64,000 nt of DNA, from NCBI RefSeq assembly GCF_052425735.1, contig NC_135763.1, forward strand, positions 33,294,001 to 33,358,000, in the 5' to 3' direction. This stretch comes from Oculina patagonica. Taxonomy: Eukaryota. Below are positions 56,162-64,000 of this stretch, piece after piece; position 1 is the stretch's first letter; each line of letters starts with the position of its first letter. A program made the translations under genes and the position numbers. The notes under the pieces were generated by a model that did not search any database, was not told the DNA's origin, and saw nothing but the letters and a program-made list of their open reading frames with translations.

Positions 56162-59100
56162 CTGGTCAAAATCATAAAAATCATGCTGTTATTAGACAGT
56201 GAACAGTTTCAAAAGCGTATTGCCTTTGATCAAAATTAACGACAGCCTTTGTCGCAATCAAAGTTATCTTAAAGGTTTTTACACCGCCGACCGGTTAGCT
56301 CAGTTAGTAGAGCGACGGAGGGCCAACTTTTGCATCGCTGGTTAAATCAACTCTTAAGCCCGGGCTAAACAAGGATGAGAGTCGATGAGAGTTCAAACTC
56401 TCACTCTCGTTTGGCATAGTACTCTCATGCACTCTCATCGACTCTCATGCGCTCTCATCGACTTTGAACGTGCTCAGATTTTTCGTGTGAGTCGATGAGA
56501 GTTTGACGGACTCTTGTTCTCGTTTGGCCCGAGTTGATGATAGTCGATGAGAGTTGAAGAAGCTCTCATGAAAGTCAACTCTCGTCCTTGTTTGGCCCGG
56601 GCTTTAAAAATGCCGACTAGCGCGGATTTAGCTATTTCACTTACACTAGTATCGTCATCCTCGTCACTGTTATCATCAGCTTCGTCGTCATCATCATCAT
56701 TGTTATCGTCATTATCTTCACTGTGGGTTTCTTCTTCTTTGGGCACTGGCTTCTCATCATGAGCAACTTCCGGTATCAACACAGGTTTGTCCTCCTTCTT
56801 GTGTTGTTTGACTTTAGCTGCAGCTTGTTTCACGGCATCTTTTGCCTTCTTGGTCATTTTCTTAAGGACTTTTTTCAGTTGCTTTGTCTTCACTACGTGT
56901 TTGGTCTTGTCCGCTTGCTGCTTTGTGTTAGCATTAGTGAAATGTCTCTTTTTACCCATGGTGATGTGAGAGTTGCCCTGACGTTCTGAAAGTTAAAACG
57001 TTCAGTTTAATTTTTTTTTTAAACTTACTTTATGCCTGACACTAAAATCTTTTCAGCGCCAAACTTGAAATGTACATTTTTGTTGCTGCTCTTACATACA
57101 GTTTCAAATTGTCGTTCTGAAAATTATTTATTATTATTATCTCCCGATGGATGATAGTTTTCATTCTCATCACTTATCTGTTTGACTCAACCGCGGTCAA
57201 ACGACAGAAATATGCAAAAAATAAGACAAGTACTGCAAAGATAAGGTTTTAATTTTCACAGTTCAAAGTTCGATACATAACCGGCATCCTAAGGGTTTAC
57301 TAAGTTTTTTGGAGCTTTACTAAAAACGTTCTACGTGTTTGAAAAAAGCGATATGCGGACTTGTAGCTACTTGTCGGCGCCATTTGTCAGAGCACCTTTG
57401 GTTCGGATGCGAAACATTTAAAAAGTAAAAACACTCGTTTACCTGAGGTAATGGGATTATGCTTTCACTCGGCAAGTATTTTTATCTATCCTTGCTCGTA
57501 CTAACACTTCAATACGAACAAAAAACGCCGAATTGGAAAGAAAAGTTGCCTGAGACGTTTGACCGCGGTGAACTGTTTGACACTGTACTGACAATGTAAT
57601 GAGAAATGATTTTATCCCCGTTCACATTTAAAAGAGTTTGCCACACTTAAGAGTCCTTTTACTAAAAGTTACAAATGTAATATTCACCCATACTCAAAAC
57701 AATAACTCGTGTTCTCTTGTGAGGATCGTCTCTTTACGTTTAGTTTGAAGTTTTACTTTTTGTGTCTTTATTTTTTTCTTAATAGTTAAAGTTGACGTGA
57801 GAAAACACGGCATTACATGTTATGAAAGGATGACAGGACATGAATTAACGTGATGTGAGTGGCATAAAATGACCTGACTTGACCTGACATGGCTAGACAT
57901 GGCACGATATGACATGACTTTGATATGATAAGACATGACGTGACGTGAACTGAGCTGAGCTGAACTGACCTAGCTTGATCTGAACTGACGTGACGTGACG
58001 TGACATGACATGACATGACATGACCTGACCTGACTTGACATGACATGACATGACATGACATGACATGACGTGACGTGACGTGACTGAGCTGAGCTCTGAC
58101 CTAGCCTGATTTGAACTGACGTGATGTTACATGACATGATACGACGTGACGTGATGATTAAAACAAACACCGTCATATGGCTAAACGCATAAATGAGTCA
58201 CAAAAGTTAATTTTGCACTGACGTAGCTGAGAAGATGATGTAGCTAGCAATTCTATTTTCTTCATACTTACCGTAACCACACGCTCCGCATTTGCTTTTA
58301 CAAGTCTCCCTGACCCAGCGGACCATGCAAGCTGACGCGGCAAACTTCTTACACACATCTAAATCTTGACAGCCAATGAATACACCATAAGGAACTAAAG
58401 AGGGATACGAAAAATATGTTTCTTTCATATGTCAGCCAAAATTGATCTTCAGTATGCTAGTGAAATACCTGGCCTATTCATTTATTCGTTCATTTATTCA
58501 TTTATTCATCGACTTACTTATTAACTTATTTAATGTACTGACTTATTTATTGACTTACTTAGTGTATTGACTTACTTATTGACTTACTTAGTGTACTGAG
58601 TTACTTATTGACTCACGTGGTGTACTGACTTACACTTATTGACTAACTTGGTGTATTGACTTACTTATTGACTTACTTAGTGTATTGACTTACTTTTTGA
58701 CTCACTTGGTGCATTAACTTACTTAATGACTTACTCAGTCTACTGAGTTACGTATTGACTCACTTGGTGCATTAACTTACTTATTGACTAACTAAGTGTA
58801 CCGAGTTACGTATTGACTCACTTGGCGCATTAACTTACTTATTGACTTACTTAGTGTACTGAGTTATGTATTGACTTACTTGGTGTATTGACTTACCTAG
58901 TGTATACTGACTTGCTTATCAAGTTAGTGTATTAACTGACTTATTAACTTTCTTAGTGTACTGACTTACTCGTTGACTTACTCGGAGTATTGACTTACTT
59001 ATTGACTTACTTAGTATGTTGACTGACTTACTTATTGACTCACTTGGTGTATTGACTTCCTTAGTGTACTGCATGACTTATTTGCTTGTTGAACTGACTT

Positions 59101-61581
59101 ACTTTACGTAATGACTTACTGTCACAAAGTTTGCAGCTCTTTCTGCAGTTTTTCTGCGTCCATACATCCCTACACTGTCCGGTTGCGGCATAATTCTTGC
59201 AGTATGGTTGGTAATCGTCACATGGAAACAATTTCGCTGCAAACAATAGAGTTTGTTGTGAACTTCAATTATCGTTAATTTTGCCATCGCTATCTATTCT
59301 TGATACCAGACCCCTTCTCTTTTGCGAATGAAAGAGATTCTAGCTGGGGTCCTGAGGTCCCCGTATACACCAACTAATATTATTTCAGTAGTTAAACCGG
59401 GTTTGTATATGTTATGAAAAGCATTCAAAATTGTTAATTTAGTGGTGGTCATGTGTCAGTTATGAATTCAAATCACTGACAACAAAACTCCTCACCTTTT
59501 TCTTCTTTGGTTAATTTTAGGTCATCCATAGCTTTCTCTTGGGCTAAGTAAAAAAAATTAAAATAATTAATCATTGTCGAAAGTAAGTCTGTGTGTGCTT
59601 TGGCTTTGAATTCGCATGCCGGGCTATTTAATTGGTCCAAGAAGCTTGCGAAACTTGGCTAGTAGCCATTAACAACGCACGTGCTTTTTGTTCAGCCAAT
59701 CAAGAGAAAAATCGAAGCCAATCGAGGGTCGGTTCGATTTGTTGTGGCTGTGGTACCTTGTGACCTCGTGTGAGGTCCTTTACAAACCTTCACCTGCCCT
59801 GTGAGCAAATATTTTTAATCTTTTGTTTTTGCTTGAGTTTTAAAAGCTATTTGCATTTGCTTTGGTTTTGCATTGCTACGCTTAGTGATTGGCTTAAAAA
59901 TCTCACGCCACTCTCTCAGCCAATCAGAAATAAAACCAAAAGCAACTGTGACTTGCTCGCACACGTTTTCCCGCGCTTTCCGCTGGCTACATGTATTTGC
60001 TTCGAGTTTTGATTGGTTCACTGGTTTCTCTGTGTGTTTTGTAAGAGGGCAGAGTTATTACTTTGGTTTTCGTTTAACGACATTCAATTGAAACCACTTT
60101 ATTTTTACCTACCTGTTTTTGGCTTGCTTGCTACAGGCATTACTAGCGCCGCTGTGAAGCACAAGAAATAAAATCGTTAACTAAACTTAAGTTAAGTTTT
60201 GTGTTATTTTGGCTGCGGCTGTTTTGAAACTGCGAGTAATCAAGGATTTGATTACAATAAAAGAAATCCGGTTATCCGGGACATTAGAGGTACGTGTACT
60301 TAACATTTTCAACAACCGTACGTTGAAAATATCAAGTTTAAAGAATCAGAGAGCATAAATTGATTATACCTGCCATCGTCGGTGGCCTGGGTTTGTTATC
60401 GGCTGCCTTGCCTCCAACAACGAATGTTGCCGGTCCTATAACACCAAAAAATTGCGTATTTCATCACTACGTGTTACAGATATGGATAGGATGTGGTTCA
60501 ATTTCACCCCTAGTACAATCTGGCATTTTCTTTTATGTTATATTTGTTATCATATATTGCCATACACGTGCACCAAAACAAAAGAAAATACCAATTTATA
60601 CCAAGGGTAAAGACACAACACATTCGATACATTAAAGGGATCATTAAATCATCGCAAGCTGACCTGGCGGAGGTCCTTGTACAAGAGCCCCTGGTTCCTG
60701 TGCCCCTGTGTTTCCCTGAGGCGCATGCAAGCTCATTTTGACACCATTAACCTTGATTTCTTAAAAAATAAGAGAAAATTTGCCATTAATTCGAGAGGAA
60801 GAAAAGTGAATGGATGATCCAACTGAAAAAAACGTTTATTTGTATATGCAATTTACTTAAGATCCTGTGAATTAAGCTGTCTTTAATTAATCAATAGTAA
60901 CTGTTTCTTCAAAGAACTCTGAGAAAGTTTTTTTAACCTTCCCAAGGGTTATGTTAACAGCATTTTTTTCACAATTGCGAACGCCTGCTTTTGTAATACG
61001 TGGCTAGTTCTTTGATCGAAAGCTTACCTGGTAACTTTTTCCCTCCTTTTCCAAGAACCATGGCAAAAACTGAAAATAAATCATATTAGTGGTGCCGTGA
61101 GTGAACTTCCTGTATGGATAGTGCTACAGTATTCAGTCTGCAGCACAGTTAGTTTAGATAAGTGATTTCAAAGACCGGACCAACAGCCTGGTAAGCTAAT
61201 GTTGGTTAAATGTGTTTGAAGAAAATCGACTGAATTTAAATGATGGCGTTTTAATATGAGCAGGGACCACTCATTCGATTCGTTCGTGGAATCCACCTGG
61301 AAGGAAGGAAAGTGCAAAGCCTAAGCTCGAGCTGGCTGGCGAGGAGTTGTCAATGGCCTATACGCTATCTGGAGCAACGGGCCTACGTTAGTATTTAGCT
61401 ATTTCTGCATGGCCTTAATTACTGAGGGTGGGGTGGGTGGGTCAAATGAGATAGATGTACAACATAGCAGCTGTGGCAGAGGTTTCCCGCCTTCGCAAAG
61501 CGTACCTGTGTGTTGTTGCTGAGCATAAACACAGCACGTGATTGACAGCACAGCAGCCAATAGGAGCTGTCGTCTGTCCAT
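55820..61581 (-). CDS. Gene A: secreted protein, SP - four micro-exons - 2x ShKT - Lys-rich/Asp-rich/Lys-rich charge blocks; about 397 aa
   Basis: Join (minus): 61506-61581, 61028-61069, 60370-60435, 60113-60151, 59496-59543, 59120-59236, 58272-58394, 56645-56985, 55820-56161 (TAA). Frame continuous, 1194 nt. AATAAA at 55411-55416. Confidence 0.83.
56358..56603. mobile_element. TTAA-flanked MITE with gatgagagt repeats
   Basis: ttaa|gcccgggctaaacaagga ... tccttgtttggcccgggct|ttaa. Confidence 0.75.
56645..56985 (-). CDS. Gene A exon: Lys-rich then Asp-rich block
   Basis: ERQGNSHITMGKKRHF...KKVLKKMTKKAK...EDNDDNNDDDDDEADDNSDEDDDTS; phase 1-0. Confidence 0.87.
57830..58158. repeat. Pentanucleotide simple repeat (TGACA/TGACG/TGACC)n
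   Basis: Read directly; produces spurious SCHVM ORFs. Confidence 0.92.
58272..58394 (-). CDS. Gene A exon: ShKT domain 2
   Basis: PYGVFIGCQDLDVCKKFAASACMVRWVRETCKSKCGAC; 123 nt. Confidence 0.9.
58488..59105. repeat. Degenerate minisatellite (TTGACTTACTTAGTGTA-like)
   Basis: Fills the intron between the two ShKT exons of gene A. Confidence 0.9.
59120..59236 (-). CDS. Gene A exon: ShKT domain 1
   Basis: CDDYQPYCKNYAATGQCRDVWTQKNCRKSCKLC; 117 nt. Confidence 0.92.
59496..61069 (-). CDS. Gene A run of four micro-exons (61028-61069, 60370-60435, 60113-60151, 59496-59543)
   Basis: VFAMVLGKGGKKLP / GPATFVVGGKAADNKPRPPTMA / AALVMPVASKPKT / AQEKAMDDLKLTKEEK; 42, 66, 39 and 48 nt, each AG..GT and phase 1-1. 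Confidence 0.7.
61506..61581 (-). CDS. Gene A first coding exon: signal peptide
   Basis: MDRRQLLLAAVLSITCCVYA/QQQHT, /gtacgc. Acceptor at 61591 implies a 5'UTR exon (donor about 62764). Confidence 0.85.
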
Positions 61582-63704
61582 TATGTCTTCCTATAATCGT
61601 TAAACAGTCGAGTTAGAAGATATAATTGTCATAAAATTCTCACTCAACAAACTTCTCTAAAAGTGAGTTCAGTTTTTAAAAGATCTCAACGAGTGTTGTA
61701 AATTTGCTGAATTGCTCCTACGTGTAACAACAACAGGATTGGTTTTGCATTAATAATCCTTTGTTGGGGTGAACTTGAGATGTTTGTAGTATTCATAGAT
61801 GGGTTGCACGTGTTCTATTTGTACTCGAGACAGTGATATCGGTGTGCTGGGTATCCGAAGCACTTCAAACCCAGGCTTCAAAATGCTGTCACACTTTCTT
61901 CATTCCAAAAGCAAAATTAAGCGCTAGGGATAGTTAAGGAAGGGCGACCCAAATGTTTTTGCGAGTCATACAATATTATGTAACGTAATGGAACTGTCAA
62001 TTTATTTCTCCTATCTGGCGAAGTAGAAACGAACACGGTTTGGTCTGATCTTGCCCTTGTTAAGATTTGACAGGTTATCATAAAATATGTCAGATAAACT
62101 TTCACCAGCATACAGGGAGGCCATCATGGATTACAAGCGCCTTGTGTCAACAGATGTCCAACATGTGACACGTGCGTTCCATCGATAGCTTCATCAGAAG
62201 ACGTTCGCCTTATAACATTGTCGGTCCGCGAACCTCTCAAAGAACTCAACATTACAGTCTATTATTAAATGGATGATGTGAAATTGTTGATTAATTTTGT
62301 ATCAGGTAGTGTTCACCTGTCTCAAAGGAAAAGAAAATGGACGTATTTTTCGGCAGATCAACGATATGTAGGCAATTACTCTATTTGTTTGTTAAGAAGG
62401 ACAAATGAAGTGCACATTTTTTAGCTACACAATAAAATGGATGATGTTTAAAAGATTGTTTATTCGATTCTGACACTTACGTACTAACGTCGATTTTTTT
62501 CAAAGTTTAATTGAGCTTACTCATAGAGTATTTATTTATAAAATTATTTCATTTACAGCTAAAGACGATTTAAAACTTCTAAACGTTGAGTTTGTGTGGA
62601 CTTTAAACACTGTTTGAAGGGCAATGAGACTTGTTCGAATAACAATACCTTTGACACCCAAACAAAATCCTAACACTGAAAACTGCGAGCTACATGTTGA
62701 AACTGTTTTAAAAAGTTTTCTTACCCAATAAGAATATTTAAAAGAGATCAATTAAGCGTCTTACCTTTTCTTATTCTTGTCTTTTTGTCGCTGAAAACAA
62801 TCTTTTATCTTTTTCGAAGTTTTGGTCTTGGAATTTATGTCATGGGACTAAAATTCCAAACACCCGAGAAAAAATATCTTCTCCCGTTGTTTCGTTATTA
62901 TCACACGTGACCTGTGAGCGGCGGGTATTTCACTTTGAAAATTATAAACAATACTTCTTAATCGACAGCAAAAGTACATTTGTTGTGATCTAGAAATCAA
63001 AACTCTGCAGGTGACTGCTTGTACCGTTAAGGAATTGGTTAAACACTGTTTCCTTTAAAAAGGACTAAAGGATTGAAGGATTGTTCGATGAAAATGATTC
63101 GTAAAAGAAAAGTTCACAACTTAATTTTTTTCGAAGCATATAGGACCTATATAACAGCAAGATTGTTTGAGGCAAATTGTTTTATGTTCATGGTGAATCG
63201 AAAACTCTTATGGCAAATATTTATTGCAGTTCAAAGTCATTGCGACCACACTCCTAAACTATAAATACATATTACGGAAATGCGTGGAATTTCAAGATCT
63301 TCTGAGCCGGACGATGGCTAAAAAGAGGACTGGGTACGTCATCATCAGCAATCTCCTACCCATAACCTTCATTCTTCATTGCGCATGCTTGAAAAAAGCC
63401 GCTGATGTAGGGGAACGGAAACTCTAGGTGTACTGAGATAGTTCACGATTAACAATTAACACTCCCTGCAAACCTATGTGACCACTGAATGGAGGATAGA
63501 ATAGATGCGTTTTGATAGCTGTTTATTATACACATAAATTCAAAATCAAAAATTCTTCTTCATCTTTTAATCGAGTGTGATCAATAATCCAGAGATTGTG
63601 TGATCAATAATCCAGAGATAGAGAGAGTAACGGACATTCGATCATTCTATTTCTGCCCTGTTTATCTGTTGCTTCGTAAGTGAAAACCATGTGCCGGAGT
63701 CGTA

Positions 63705-63998
63705 TTATTCCGATTCCTCGTCGATCGTGTACAATCGATATCTTCTCGGCCGCGCTCGTTGGACATAATCGTCTTCCTCACAGTCGTCGTCTTCAAAGAG
63801 CGGGTTAAACGTAACGTTACTCTGAACCTCGCTTTCAAACAAGTCGCTCAGCGAGCAAAAGTCACTTGTCCGCAGGGTCTGGGTACAACTGGCTGAAAAT
63901 CCGGGACCTTGTCTCCTGACGTGTGCCGCGAAAGAGAAGCTAGCTTCAATCTGTCCGTGATAATCATTGAAAAGGGATGTAGGAGATAAGCTTCTGGA
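63705..63998 (-). CDS. 3' end of a seventh, apparently unrelated gene (cytoplasmic-tail-like C-terminus)
   Basis: Open frame from the window edge: ...SDFCSLSDLFESEVQSNVTFNPLFEDDDCEEDDYVQRARPRRYRLYTIDEESE*; higher GC than flanks; AATAAA at 63522-63527. Confidence 0.65.
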   Translation of the reverse strand, partial: SRSLSPTSLFNDYHGQIEASFSFAAHVRRQGPGFSASCTQTLRTSDFCSLSDLFESEVQSNVTFNPLFEDDDCEEDDYVQRARPRRYRLYTIDEESE

Positions 63999-64000
63999 TA

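Noticed and set aside
57813-58176. ORFs with SCHVM repeats
   Set aside because: Translation of a pentanucleotide simple repeat inside an intron
58488-59105. CRISPR-like array
   Set aside because: Eukaryotic intron; degenerate tandem units without unique spacers; no cas genes
19085-61581. Minicollagen/NOWA or classical ShK toxin precursor annotation
   Set aside because: No Gly-X-Y tracts or CxxxCxxxCxxxCxxxCC domains; ShKT domains sit in large mosaic proteins rather than short toxin precursors
181-61581. One giant single gene
   Set aside because: Six separate ATG plus signal-peptide exons, five in-frame terminal stops, and polyA signals after A-D
63576-63619. 22-bp direct duplication gtgtgatcaataatccagagat
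   Set aside because: Simple local tandem duplication in a 3'UTR with no further structure

Overview
Eukaryotic, AT-rich, intron-containing genomic DNA, most likely an anthozoan (stony coral) judging from its SINE/MITE repertoire and ShKT-rich secreted proteins (inference). Manual splice reconstruction gives six co-oriented minus-strand genes, A-F (ATGs at 61581, 53041, 43666, 37012, 26160 and 16076; F runs off the left edge). Each begins with a signal-peptide exon, and no transmembrane segment is visible. They are built almost entirely from phase-1/phase-1 exons drawn from a shared toolkit: 9 ShKT domains, two vWC+FN2 exon pairs, a TSP1 domain, two Cys-poor beta-strand-rich modules I do not recognise (one shared by B/C with echoes in A/E/F, one shared by B/D), and chemically distinctive low-complexity blocks (Tyr/Gln/Asn/Gly, Pro-Gln, His/Lys, Asp/Glu, Ala/Thr/Gln). 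The best candidate for an undescribed system is this cluster: a locally exon-shuffled set of secreted structural proteins that may co-assemble into one extracellular material. Its function is inferred, not shown. The 3' end of an unrelated seventh gene lies at the right edge. Introns and intergenic DNA carry many MITEs, tRNA-headed SINEs, decayed TE fragments, simple repeats and two assembly gaps.
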